Shown piece by piece: positions 12,532 through 25,957 of a stretch of 64,000 bases of DNA; the first letter of the stretch is position 1, and each line of letters starts with the position of its first letter. The stretch is from the human T2T-CHM13v2.0 reference genome, Homo sapiens. Below the pieces are notes generated by a model. The model made no database searches, had not been told where the DNA came from, and saw nothing but the letters and a program-made list of their open reading frames with translations. Position numbers and translations under genes: made by a program. The DNA is taken from assembly GCF_009914755.1 (NCBI RefSeq), contig NC_060932.1; one strand, 5' to 3'.

Positions 12532-13511
12532 GACAGCATGGAGGCCCTGCATCCCCTTCCCCATACCTCACCCTACTTTATCTGTATCCTCTGTAACATC
12601 CTTTACAATAAACCAGTAAACTTGTTTCCCTGAGTTCTGTGAGCTGTTCCAGCAAATTATTTGAACCCAAAGTTGGAGTGAAGGGAACCCCAACTTGAAG
12701 CCATTCAGTTCTGGAGGCCTGGACTTGTGACTTGTGCCTGAAGTGGGGACAGTCTTGGGGACTGCGTCCTCACCCTGTGGGATCTGATGCTATCTCTAAC
12801 TAGATAATATCGGAATTAAGTTGGAGGATGCCCAGCTGGTGTCCAGTTCTTGGTGTAGGGGAAAACCCCCATGCATTTCGTCCCAGAAGCTTCCTTGTGT
12901 TGAAGATTGTTGCTGTGGTAGTATGAAAGCAGAGAATAAACACAGTTTGAGTTTTTATTATAAGCAAACTAAGCTGGAGACCATGGTAGGGGAGGAGGTG
13001 TAGGGAGTAAGAAATAGTGAGTTTTTTTTAGTTATATAAAATATGATGTGCTTGTATAATGCTTGATGGAACTATGGTGTACAAACAACAACAAAAAATT
13101 TAGGTCTCTGAGCATCATAGGCAAGAAAGTATGTCAGCATAACAAACTTTCCAATAAAAAGGGGGGGACTGTGTAATAAATAAGTCTTCATGACTTACTT
13201 ATTCTTAGCCACATTTCTAGCAAGACTTCTGATCCCAAGCTAATTGATCTGTCATCTCTTAACCTGCTAGTGAGGTTGGGCTGTGCAGCCTTTGGAAGCA
13301 GCAGAGTGACTCTAACGTCCTGGTTGTGAAAAAGCACTCTGCAACTCCATGTCTATGCACTATCACTTTGTGTCTCCTTCAAGTTCATGTCTTTAATACT
13401 GTCGTATGTTCACAGTGGATAACTGTCACACCTTACACCTCTCCTCTGACTGTTTTAGGTCTATGTATCCAACTGTCTACATGATACTACACGATATATT
13501 CTTTTTTTTAA

Positions 13512-14400
13512 TTGCTTCAGTTAGACTGTATTTTCTCTAAGAATTACAAAAAAACGGGACCATAAACAGTTTAAAATAAAAGACTGCAAATCAAGAGGTA
13601 GGAACAGCTTCAGGGTTGGCTTGATTCAGCAGTTCAATAGTGACATTAGACACCTAGTTTCTTTCTGTTTCTTGCTCAGCTTTCCATCCTAAGCTGGTTT
13701 TCTTTCATGGTCCCCAGATAAATACCAGGAAGTAACCATGGTGCTCTGCTTTGTGTTTGGGGAGAAAAATTTGAGTTTATTCTCTTGTAGAGGATCAGGA
13801 GAGTGCCAAGGTTGTTGCAGCTTGACTTTGTTCCTATTTCAATGACCCTGAGACAGGCTTCCTGTCTTCTGATGGTTGTTCTTCTTGGAAAAATGAAAGC
13901 ATTGCATTCCTAAAAGAGAGTATCTTCTCAGTCTTACTTGCTGTTAATGATGATTTTCAAGTACTTTGATGAAATGCATTGAGACTGCTTTCTAGTCTGT
14001 GCCAGCAAATCATGTGATGGCAAAGATTGAGTGTGGACCAACTTCTCTTCAGACAGAATTTAACTGATTCATGTGAGTGATACTTTTTCCCACCCAGAGA
14101 GAGGAAGAGTTGCTTTTAGTAGCTTTTTCAGAAAATAAAGAAATTTCAGTCTGCATAAACCTTCATTAAAAGTTATCTCTAAATTCATTGGCCAAAAATG
14201 AGTCATATGTCCAATAGCAAAACAATAAATTGTAGCAAGAAATAGATTTTCTGATTAGAGTAGGCTTAGTCTATGTTTAACTTCTGGGTAGAGGCAGACA
14301 TAAAAATAGCCTCTCAGAACAACAAGAGCTATGTCAGGGAGGCATGGAGCTGACCAACAGTTAGGGTGCTTATGAAGGCAAGGGATTTGGGCGTTGAGAA
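13512..14400 (-). mobile_element. Old MLT1 (J/K-like) LTR in two pieces, split by ~330 bp of non-MLT sequence at ~13765-14090
   Basis: AGCTTCAGGGTTGGCTTGATTCAGCAGTTCAA...AGCTGGTTTTCTTTCATGG, and later TCATTGGCCAAAAATGAGTCATATGTCC. Confidence 0.6.
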
Positions 14401-14429
14401 GGTAACACCTAGAAAATTAAGTAATAGGC

Positions 14430-14745
14430 AAATCTAACTGAATAAATCTAAAAGTTTATGTTTTCCCACAGTTAGTCTTTCTCATCTTGGTCAATGACAA
14501 CACAGTCCACCTAGTTCTACAATTACAACAACAATAACAAAAACAACTAAGCAGCACTCTCTTCTTTCATTGTATTGCTACTCTCATATGGTTGTATGCG
14601 AATCCACACGGCTCCTGCTCTAATATACTGACACCTCCCCATTCAACCCCTTCTAGTGACAGGTCATCTATTACATGGTTTGTCATATAACTTCCTAACA
14701 TGCTTCCACAAGGATGCTGTCTGGTCCATTCTCCAAAGATCCTCT
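14430..14745 (+). mobile_element. L2 fragment
   Basis: TTCTCATCTTGGTCAATGACAACACAGTCCACCTAGTT and TAACTTCCTAAC...GTCCATTCTCCA resemble L2. Confidence 0.45.
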
Positions 14746-16197
14746 CCCTCCCAGATCTTAGGTATAGCTGGCAGGATCAAGATTTGGAAATTAGGACTGT
14801 GTAGAAGTGGACTCGAGATATAAACTATAGATTTGCCTGCTGTTCTATCGCCACTACATGCAATAAATAAAAATGGCCTTATCTTCTCTATTTATGACAG
14901 ATTTCCCATTCAAATGAAAATGTGTCAAAAATATTCTACTTGATGAGTACTGTTTTTCAAAACTGATCAAGGTTACAGATCATCCAAGTCTTTAAGTTAT
15001 TTGATTTGTTTGCTAACTTCATATGTGATGAAAGAAATTTTCTTTCTTCAGAAGAGTTTAACCACTACCAAATTATAAAGCCATTCAGGAATGTCTATAT
15101 TGATTGTAGTGCTAATATTATAAAACAAACAAACGAAAACAAAACAAAGCAAACTCAATTAACTATACTTCTCAGAAATTATTAAACAAAAGAAAAACTG
15201 TTATCAAGGAAAATAACAAGAGGTCATGAATGCTGACTAGACCATTAAGATTCTAAGCTTCTATTAGAGTATTATAGCGAAACTGACTCCCTCTAGCATG
15301 TGTGTGAATTTCAGTGATTCCACATCTCTTCCTGTTTAATGATGATGTCAAAATGATTGTTTATACGTCTGCATTTTACTGGCTATATTGTTATCTGTCA
15401 CTGTTCTTGATGTCAGGAAATTGTAATTCTGGCTCTAGCTTTTTAAATACCAGGTACGTGATTTGGAGTGATTTGTTAAGCGTTCCCGGACTTTAGCATG
15501 TGTAATTGTTTATGTTCTTCCAGTGTTCCAGTTGTTGTAACTCAATAAACATGTTATGTTTACAACTAAGCAAACACTGAAGTCCTTTTGCAATTGTTTC
15601 ATATTATTTTAAAATCGTATTTTTTTATATTTGGTATCTATTTTTTTACTCCTTGATTTTTCTTCTTATTTTCAAGATTTTCATCCTTGATTATGCTACT
15701 ACAGGTCTACATTATTCACCTTAAGAGCCATGTAACACTGGATGAGTAAGGGCAGGCTGAGGGAGAGAGGGTCTCTTTACTTTTTGGGTGCTGTATGATG
15801 CAATGTAGATTTCTTTTAGAGGTCACTTCATTTTGTATTTTTCCAGCAACATTTCTTTTTCACTTATACTGTCACTGCTGCATTCATGTTACTATTTCAG
15901 TAGTATTTTTTATTTTTCCATGTTATGAAAAACCAAAGGATTGAGAAGAAACCTTCTGTATATTGGTTGACTAGTATTTTATGCACCTCAAGATATTTTC
16001 TTATTTAATAATTGAATTGTCCTAGAATATTGGCATCAATAGCTTGAAGTTACATATGAGAAAGTAGGTTAAGAGAAATTGATTTGTTAAAGTGAAAATA
16101 GCCATATGCCCTGTGGCATGATCAGAATTTTAACTGTTTTGTTTTCACCAAAGAAAATACTCTTTTTATGACTCTGAATAATGGAAAGAAAGGAAGC

Positions 16198-16367
16198 ACT
16201 TTGGTGTCTCTTCAATAAGGACACTAATCATACAGAATCAGGGCCCCACTCTTATGACCTCATTCAACCTTAATTACCTCCTTTAGGCCCTATCTCCAAA
16301 TACAGTAACAGTGTGGGGTAGGGCATGAACATAAGAACTTTGAAGGGACACAATTCAGTCCATAACA
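16198..16367 (-). mobile_element. MLT1A/B LTR fragment
   Basis: AAGGACACTAATC...CTTATGACCTCATT...TATCTCCAAATACAGT...ACACAATTCAGTCCATAACA. Confidence 0.8.
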
Positions 16368-16390
16368 CATACTGATGGACATTTAGGCTT

Positions 16391-16918
<528 letters not shown>

Positions 16919-16936
16919 ATAAAAGCCTAATACACC

Positions 16937-16995
16937 TCTATCTACGAATCTATCTACATCTATCTATCTATCTAGCTATCTATCTAGCTATCTAT
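16937..16995. repeat. (TCTA)n-type microsatellite
   Basis: Directly visible. Confidence 0.85.
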
Positions 16996-17335
16996 TTTTT
17001 TTTATTTATTTTTTTTTTTACTGCTCATGGGTTTTGTGTTCTATCTACCCCAAAGTAATCAAAATATTATTTTTTTTCCCTTTGGTTGCAACTTCAGCAT
17101 TTTTGTCTAAGGTCCAGTTTGAAAAGCATTTTCTCCCATCTGTTCAGTTTTCTTTCTCTTAGTAGTCCTTTTTGAAGACAAGTTTCTTGTTTTGATGAAG
17201 CCCAATTTATCTGTTTGTTCCTTTATAGCTCATGCTTGGTGCTGTATCTAAGAAATAGTTGCTGAAACCAATGTCACAAATATTTTTGTTCTAGAAGTTT
17301 TATAGTTTTATTTTGTTGTAGAAGTTTTATAGTAT

Positions 17336-17791
17336 TGTTACCAAAACACCAGGGATTTGGTCCAGGTCCTGCTGCTCCCTGCACAGAAAGCCAATGACGG
17401 AGACAATGATTATTGTCAAGGAAGAAGGCTTTAATCGGGTGCTGCAGCCAAGGAGATGGGAGCACAGTTTCAAATCCATTTCCCTGATGGACTAAAACTA
17501 GGGGTTTATATAGCAGGGAAGAAATGTAACAACGTGTAAGAAAACAGAAAGTAGGGAGTGGCAAGGAAGCAATCATGATGAATGAGAGGTCCAGTGTCTC
17601 ATTGTCTGGATGTGGTGATGTGGTGAGTTTTAGTGCTTTGATACTTTTTTTAGAGGCCTGAAGGTCCTTTCCTGAGGAAGGAACTCAGATAAAACAAATA
17701 ATAAGTTTTGACCTTTAAGAAGAAAAGGGTCATTTTCTATGTTTATCAAAAGAAACAAAAAACTAACTATGGGACTAGTGGGTCAGTTTCA
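17336..17791 (-). mobile_element. Solo LTR (LTR47A-like)
   Basis: TGTTACCAAAACACCAGGG...ACTATGGGACTAGTGGGTCAGTTTCA; reverse complement of the element at 20408. Confidence 0.8.
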
Positions 17792-20407
17792 GTTTTAGGT
17801 GCCACATTTAGATCTATGAATATTTTTAGTTAATTTGTACATGTGGATTAAGATTTGGATTGCAATGATTTAGTTTCACATATATGTATATACATATGGA
17901 TCTACTTCTGAATTTCTATTATTTTTCTTCATCTATTTTTTCTATTTTTTTGCTATTTATCATTCTGTCTTGAAGACTGCAGCTTTATAAGAAAGCTTTG
18001 AACTCAAAAGTCTTGCAACCTTGTGAAAATCACTTATTTATTCTAGTATCTTTTCTTTTGGTATATTGCATTGGGTTTTCTAGATAGGTGAGCAAGTCAT
18101 CTGCAAAAAACACAATTTTACTCCATTCTAAACATGTTAACATTTCTTTCCTTGGCTTATTGAATTGATTGGAACCTCCAGTTACCGTGTGGAATAGAAG
18201 AGATGAGAGAAAACATCTCTATTTGTTCCTAATCTTAGGAATTAAACATTCGTTCTTTCATGCTAAGGATTCTTAGTTGCAAGTTTTTTGAAGATGCACT
18301 TTATAAAGTTGAGAAAGACGTATTGTATTCTTATTTTGTTGTGAGTTTTTATCATGAAAGGATGATAATTTTTTTAAAATGATTATTCTACATATATCAA
18401 GATTACCATAGTTAGAGTCTCATTTTTGGTTTTTAAATATGGTACATTATATTGATTGATATTTTACCATTAAACCATCCTAGCTTTTCTATCATAACCC
18501 AAAATTAGTTGCAATACTTTATCCTTCATATATAATTATTAAATCCACATTGTTAAAAATTGGATTCGTACTTTTGCATCTCTGTTCATGAGAAATATTG
18601 TTCTGTAGTTTTCAGTAATGTCTTTGCAGTAGTGATATGAGGGTAATGAGGCCTCAAAGAATGAGTTTAGGATGTATTCCATCCTCTTCCATTTTCTGCA
18701 AAGGTTACCACAGAATTTGTATTATTTCTTCCTTAAGTTTTGGGTAGAATTCACCAGTAAAACCACATAGGCCGGAAATTGTCTTTGTCAGGTTTTACTG
18801 CAGTTTCTTTAATAGATTTGGGGTTTCAGATTATCTATTTCTTTGTCAGTTATCTTTTTTAGTTTGTGTCTTTCAATGCATTGGTGCATTTCATCTAAAT
18901 TATTCAATCTGTAGGCAATTGGTTTCCATAATACATTCTTATTGCATTTTTAATACCTGTAGAATCTGTTGTAGTGTTACCTCTATCCCTGATATTGCTT
19001 ATTTTTGTATTCTATTTTTATGCCTTATCTAGTCTGTCTACAAGTTTATTGATTCTATTGATCTTCTCAAATAATAAGTTCTCAGTTGTCTTGATTTTCT
19101 CTGTTTTGGTTTTGTACTTCATTTATTTTTCTGCTTTGGTTTATATAATTTTCTTTCTCTTGCTTTCTTCGGGTTTAATTCTCTGTTTTTAATACAGCTT
19201 TCTAAGGAGGAAGCTGAGGTTATTACATTTTGATATTTCTTTCTTCCTAACATAAGTGTTAAGTGTTACAAATTTTCTCTAAGTCCTGCTTTAATGGCTT
19301 CCATTGATTTCTGAAATGTTTTGTTTTCATTTTTCCTCAGTTCAAAATATTGTATTTTCTTTTTCATTTTTTTCTTTAATCTGTGGGTTATTAGAAGTGA
19401 GTCAGTAGTTTCCAAATATTAGCAAATCTTCCAGTGATTTTTCTTTTTTATTTCTAATTTAATTCTATTGTGGAAAGAGAACAAAATCTGCATGAAAAAT
19501 CATCTCAAATTTATTGAAATATGTTTTATCCAATAATATGGTCTTTTTTATTTTTCTCTGTGCAAGATTCTTTATTTTGCTACTGTTTTTGCAGTGTTCT
19601 ATAAAAACAATTGGGTCAAGTTGTTTGAATATGTTGTCTAAGTCTTCAATACTCACTTATTTTGTGTCAACTTGTTGTATCACTTTTTGAGAAACAAGTA
19701 TTAAAAGCACAAAATCTAATTGTTGATTTGTCTGTTTCTACTTTTAATTCTGTCATTTTTGTTTAACATATTTAGTGTGCTTCATATATTTTAGGTGCAT
19801 ATATATTCTTAATTATTAACTTATTGGAGATAGTATGATTCTATGTGGTATTATTTTTATGATCTGTTACACAGGTCTGGAGCATTTCTCAGTCTAGGAC
19901 AAATTATTCCCTTTCATTGAAACAAGGCTTATTTGTAAACTTCACCCAACCACACTTTTGTGAATTATAAGTTTTCTCCTTTTAGCTGTTGGGAATAGGC
20001 ACTATCTCTGGCCCTGTGTGAGTAGCAGATGCTACTTTTATTTTTTTGCTTGGCTCTTTTCCAGACCTAAGGTATTTTTCTCAAATGCATTTACTGATCG
20101 ATTTTCTGCTAAATACTTGAGGGAAATCCGCTGCAAATCTTCAGGTTATCTCACTGTTTGGTCTGTTTGGTCTAGGTGCTCTTTGGTCTAGGATTTTGTC
20201 TCAGAATCTTTTGCCAGCCTGGTTTCCCCAGACTTCCAGCTCTATCTCCTCAAATCAGGAAATTTGCCAGACTGTGTGTGGATTCCTCCATCCTGTGCCT
20301 GCAAATGCTCTCAAAATAATAAACCAGGCACTAGGGGCTAACATCATCTGTTGATTATGTCTCCCGGCTCACTGTCTGGCTTTGTGTGACTCTTGTGGTG
20401 GTTGATT

Positions 20408-20837
20408 TGAAACCAACCCCATAGTCCAATAGACTGGTCTTTTGGATAAACATAGAAAGTGACCTTTCTGGTCTTAAGGCTTGAAACTCATAGATGTTTA
20501 TCTGAGTTCCTTTCTCAGGAAACAACCTTCAGTTCTTTCAGAAAAGTATCAAAGAACTGAAACCAGATCACTGCACCAAATGCTGGTTCCCTCATTCACC
20601 ATGATTACTTCCTTGCCCCTCCCAAGTTTCTGTTTTCTTACATATTGTTACATTTCTTCCCTGCTATATAAACCCCTGGTTTTAATCAGCGAGATGGATT
20701 TTAGATTGATCTCCCATCTCCTCAGCTGCAGCACCCAATTAAAGGTTTCTTCCTTGGCAATACTTGCTATCTCAGTGATTGGCTTTCTGTGCGGAGAGCA
20801 GCAGGACCTAGACAAATTGCCTGGTGTTTCAAGAACA
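20408..20837 (+). mobile_element. Solo LTR (LTR47A-like), second copy
   Basis: TGAAACCAACCCCATAGTCC...CTGCTATATAAACCCC (TATA)...ATTAAA (polyA signal)...CTGGTGTTTCAAGAACA. Confidence 0.8.
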
Positions 20838-22346
20838 GGTTTTCCTTTTCCTACATAATTGCACTATCCAGGAAATCCAATAAAATGATGAAAAGTAGTG
20901 GTGACAGAGGACTACATGGCCCTACTTCAATCTTGTGAAAACTGCATTTTATGTTTTACTATTTAGTAACATGTCAGCTGCAGATTTCTTTGTGGATATC
21001 TTCTACTATATTAAGGAACTTCCCTTCTAGTTTTGGTTAATCAAGATTTTAAACAATCATGGATGTTAAATATTTAAAAAATTGTTTTTCTTCATTCATA
21101 AGATAGTCTTATGATTTTCTCCTGTAATCTCTCACTATACTAATATTGAATAGTTTCAAACTTTCAACTAAACTTGCACAACTTGATTAAACTTCATCAT
21201 GATGTATTATATGTTATAAAACAATGTGAACCGATATACTAATACTTTATTAGTAATTTTGTGTATATGTATAAATTGTTAACTTTGTGAGTCTGTAATT
21301 CTGTTCAACTGTAATGTCAGGTTTTTGTGTAAGAGTTAGACTAGTCTCATATAATGAAGTAAGAGTTTTTTTTTTTTTTTTTTCTGCAGGAAGTGTGTAC
21401 AAGGCTTCTGATTCCTCTAGTGTTACCTTGTATTTGGAGCACTGTTTTGCTTGTGAAAGTTTTGCTTTATTGAGTAATCCTGTCTTACTTTCTGCTTTAA
21501 GTTTTCTCTATGAGATTGCACTTCAAAAAGGTTCACTTTCTGTATGTTTTGCCATACACAGAGGTAGACTCCTGTTCTTCTGTTCCTTGTTCCCCAATGC
21601 ATACCATCATTGGTCATTCATGTACAATTTTCCATTTCCACTAGTAATATGCAAGAGTTAAATGTACTTTTTGAAAAGCCAATTTATATTTAAAAAACGA
21701 TAGTGGATAAATGGTAAAATGTAGAAAAAATTAGAGGGTAAGGCCTTGAAAATTTTTTTTTATTTGTTAGATACACCAAAATATATTAGTAGCCAGTGCC
21801 TTGTTGAAATACAGTATGTTCAATCCATTGTTTTTAAATTGAATAAGTGAACAATCCAGAAAGGAAATCTTTTCTAAATTCTTGGGTTAGAGGTCATGTA
21901 TTTCTAGTTAAACCTTAATACGTAAATAAAACATTTTATAAACTGACTATGTCTACTTAACATTTTGAAGAATATTCAAATATACTTCTAAAATAGGCAT
22001 GAGTAGCAGATTCTTCATGTAAAAATGAACCTGTTTAAGAAGTATTTTATGAAAACATTAGTTGGGTGTTGGATTCTACCACCACAATCAGACTCTTACC
22101 AGCCCCAAGATTACTCAGCTTACACTCTCTTGCATCTACCTGTTCATGCTCCTCATAATTAGGAAGCAGCTGTTTCTGGCCTTCTTCCACAGCAACTGTC
22201 AACTGCAAATGGGATATAGAAGATCAGGAAAAGTGAAAGATTGCTTCGTGCCAATGACAGGATACCTTTAGTCTTATAGAGATATAGTATCTACACTTTA
22301 CATCAGAACCTTATAATTGGTTTATTTCTGTCAGATGGTGAGTCAC

Positions 22347-22689
22347 TGTCTTAGGCCATTCAGACAGCTTTAACAAAAACAACATAAACTGGAAGGCTTA
22401 TAAACAATAGAAATTTATGTCTCACAGTTCTGAGGGGAATTTCAAGATAGAGATCCCGCCTGTGTTCTAGTGATGCCCACTTCCTCACAGACACCTGTCT
22501 TCCCACAGTGACCGCACATGGCACAACTGGCACTGGGTCTGTCTTGTAAAGGCATTGATCTCCTTTATGAGAGCTACACTCCCATGACTTAATCACATCT
22601 CAAAGGCCCCACTTCCTCAGATCATCACCTTGGGAGTTACAATTTCAGCATATGGATTTTTGGGAGACATAAATATTTAATCCATCTCA
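22347..22689 (-). mobile_element. MLT1A-like solo LTR
   Basis: TGTCTTAGGCCATTCAG...GCTTATAAACAATAGAAATTTAT...CAAAGGCCCCAC...TCCATCTCA. Confidence 0.85.
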
Positions 22690-22991
22690 ATAAGGGGCTT
22701 ATAATTTTCTTTTAGAATAAAATCATGGGTATGTGAGTAGGCATATATCCAGCTATAGTCCATGGTCTCTCTATATTAAGATCAAATATTAATAATCAAG
22801 TGATATATTTAAAGCAATGTGAGTTATTAATGAACAGCTATGTCAGGTTCTTAACTATATGACTTCCTTTACTTCTAAATTACACAATACAAAATGAAGG
22901 TATATACATCAACTCTAGCCTCACTTTTAAATGAAGTAGGAGAATGATTACTAGGGCTTTCTTTTACAATGTTGTTTATTTTGCCTTTAAA

Positions 22992-23120
22992 CCCATTTAC
23001 GCCTAGTGTTTCATTATTGGAACACTAAGCTTGTGGGAGTTATTTATATGCTACTGCTCAAGGTCATCACCAAGGTCTGATTTTCCACAAATAAAATTTG
23101 CAACCTTTGGTATAAATGGG
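22992..23120 (+). mobile_element. MER85 (piggyBac/PGBD3-derived MITE)
   Basis: CCCATTTACGCCTAGTGTTTCATTATTGGAAC...GCTCAAGGTCATCACCAAGGTCTG...ATAAATGGG; TIRs CCCATTTA/TAAATGGG; TTAA on the right and TTAAA on the left. Confidence 0.93.
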
Positions 23121-23954
23121 TTAAGAATTATACAGGGGAAGGAAAACCTGAGTGACAGTTATATGGCGATTTAAATATTTATAAAAATATCAACTATTTT
23201 ATTTCAAATTCATGCATGAATTATTTATTTAACTGAGTTTAAAACCCAGGAAATGTAAAATTAATTGAAGCAGTGATCTGTAAATGTTAAGCCTCCACAA
23301 ATTATATAAGATTTTTTTTTTCTCTACATAAGCCCCAATGGCTGAGAAGAAAAATACAATGAAGTGAATAACATTCAACTGAAATATCCCATGGGAGAGG
23401 CAGCATTTTATTATTTCTGTTTAATTTAAATATTTGATACTTTTTTTCTCATTCTATAAGTTAATAATGGTGGAATCCAATTGGATTAAAAACAACCTTT
23501 TCAAAAATCAGGGCACAAATACTTTTCAACAACAAATATTACACATAATAAATGTGATTATCTTGAAAATTGATACAAATGTGGAGAACTTATGTGGAAT
23601 GATATTTCACTAGCTAAATATACAGTAAAATATCCACGGGGTGGAGTACCAAGGGTGCCGTTACAGGTTGAGGAGTCTACAAGTGACTGCAATATTATCA
23701 ACTTGAGGGAGAATATAAAATTCAGTACAACTTTAGATTTGGTTTATTTTATTTTTATTTGATTTATTTACTATTTTTATACTTGTACAGTAAGTCGAAA
23801 GATTCTTGGAGCATAATATTGTGATGAAAAATGCTCTAATAAAAAGAAAATATTGCTTCATTTAAAAATTTCTCAGAGTAATCTTTAGAATTAATATTAA
23901 AAATATAAGTCAGTGGCTCTTGTCATACTACTCTTATTTGAAACTTCTATGTTA

Positions 23955-24600
23955 ACATGGTTCGTAGTCACAGAAAAGTGACAAGAATAACCCCATGATT
24001 TTCCACATACCATTTACCCAGCTGCTCCAAATGTGAATATTTTATGCATGAACTTTATTATTCTGTCCATCCACCCATCCATCCATCCATCCATCCATTT
24101 GTCTGACATCTCTCTCCCTCTCTCATTAATAATTTATCTTTTTTATTTTTTTCTAAACCATGTGAGAATAAGTTGCAGGTCCACTTTCTGTTTACCTTAA
24201 ATACTTTAGTATATGTTACCTAGGAACATAAGTGTTTTTTCATAAAACAATAAAATTATAAAAATCAGGAAACTAACACTGATATAATACTATCAAACAA
24301 TATGTAGGCTTTATAAAAAATTTTGTCATTGATTAACAAATGCATTTAAAGGCAAACTCACTTTTTCCATAAAAGAGAACATTTAACTTCTATTTTAAAT
24401 ATTCTCTTTTATTTTCAGGAATTTTAAATTTTTTTCTGTCTAGTTATTTTGGTAACTGGAAAATTGATCAGAATAATACAGTTCTGCATGACATCCTCAT
24501 AGTACATACCAGGCAAGATTCATGTTACCAATTTTGGCTGCATTAAAACTTCCATCGTTCTTCATGCACCTTGTTTCCAACTCACAGGATTTTTCTGTCA
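23955..24600 (-). mobile_element. L1MC4/5-like 3' UTR fragments containing a (TCCA)n run
   Basis: AAACCATGTGAGAATAAGTTGCAG...CTTAAATACTTTAGTATATGTT...AAAATCAGGAAACTAACACTGATATAATACTA. Confidence 0.65.
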
Positions 24601-24708
24601 TTTAGAATAACCAGGTCACACACAGATTTAGGGGGTTAGGAAGTTTCAGTGAATAGCCTTTTTTTTTTTTTCCTACCTGGATTCTGAATACATAAAGAAA
24701 TACAAGGA

Positions 24709-25296
<588 letters not shown>

Positions 25297-25680
25297 TTAA
25301 AGAGAGCAATGTGTCACTTTTTAATTAACGGAGTCTACACTGGGGAATGTGGATTTAAATCTACTAGTCAACTGAACTTGCTAATAAATGTCCCAGAATT
25401 AGGAAAGCCTAGTACTCTAGTAACAAGCAAAGAGGGACAACCGCATGCCTTTTTGTGAGGGGGAAGTCCCTTTAAAAACTATCACATGGCCTTTTGACAC
25501 TTTGGACATAAAACATTAACCATTTTAGGAAACATTTTTCAAAAAAAGGTAATTAATTGCTGGACTGAATTTGCAAGCAATTACACATTGAATATGATTC
25601 TGCTGAGGAGAAAAATCACTAGAATGGTAAATAGAGCAAAAGCATTTATCACAACAGAGAAAAATTCACAGAAAATCAGA

Positions 25681-25950
25681 TGTAATAAAGAATGTGATTC
25701 TATTTTTGACGCTTGACTACTGATAGATTCCAAGCTCCACTTCTCCTACTTTCCCTTTTGCCCCATATGTCATCACAGTAATTAGAAAGTTCAGAAGCTC
25801 CTTCTTTGAATGCCAGAGAAGAACTTCAAACAACACAAATTGTGCTTGTGAGCCCTTGCCTCAGGCCAGACCCCAGCCATAAGAAAAACAGAACCACGGT
25901 ACCTTTCCTTCAAATGAACCTCCATGGGAGTCTCACGACTTCATAGTCTC
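25681..25950 (+). mobile_element. Old ERV LTR fragment (MER54/MER74-like, uncertain)
   Basis: TGATTCTATTTTTGACGCTTGACTACTGATAG...CCCTTTTGCCCCA resembles ERVL-type LTR 5' ends. Confidence 0.4.
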
Positions 25951-25957
25951 CTTTTTT

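Larger units (their letters stand above)
17000..21400 (-). mobile_element. Patchwork of old L1M fragments (ORF2 and 5' region), interrupted by two LTRs
   Basis: Typical antisense L1 ORF2 sequence: TTTTGATGAAGCCCAATTTATC, GTAGAATTCACCAGTAAAACC, TTCTATTGTGGAAAGAGAAC. Confidence 0.8.

Noticed and set aside
15329-15419. C/D snoRNA-like layout: ATGATGA box with a TTCCTG/CAGGAA terminal stem
   Set aside because: The D box position reads TTGA rather than CTGA and I see no rRNA guide; compatible with chance.
21366-21659. Poly(T) tract with AAGAGTT flanks, suggesting a retrocopy or a strong splice acceptor
   Set aside because: The T tract fits an expanded run in the surrounding antisense L1; there is no correctly spaced polyA signal and no good donor.
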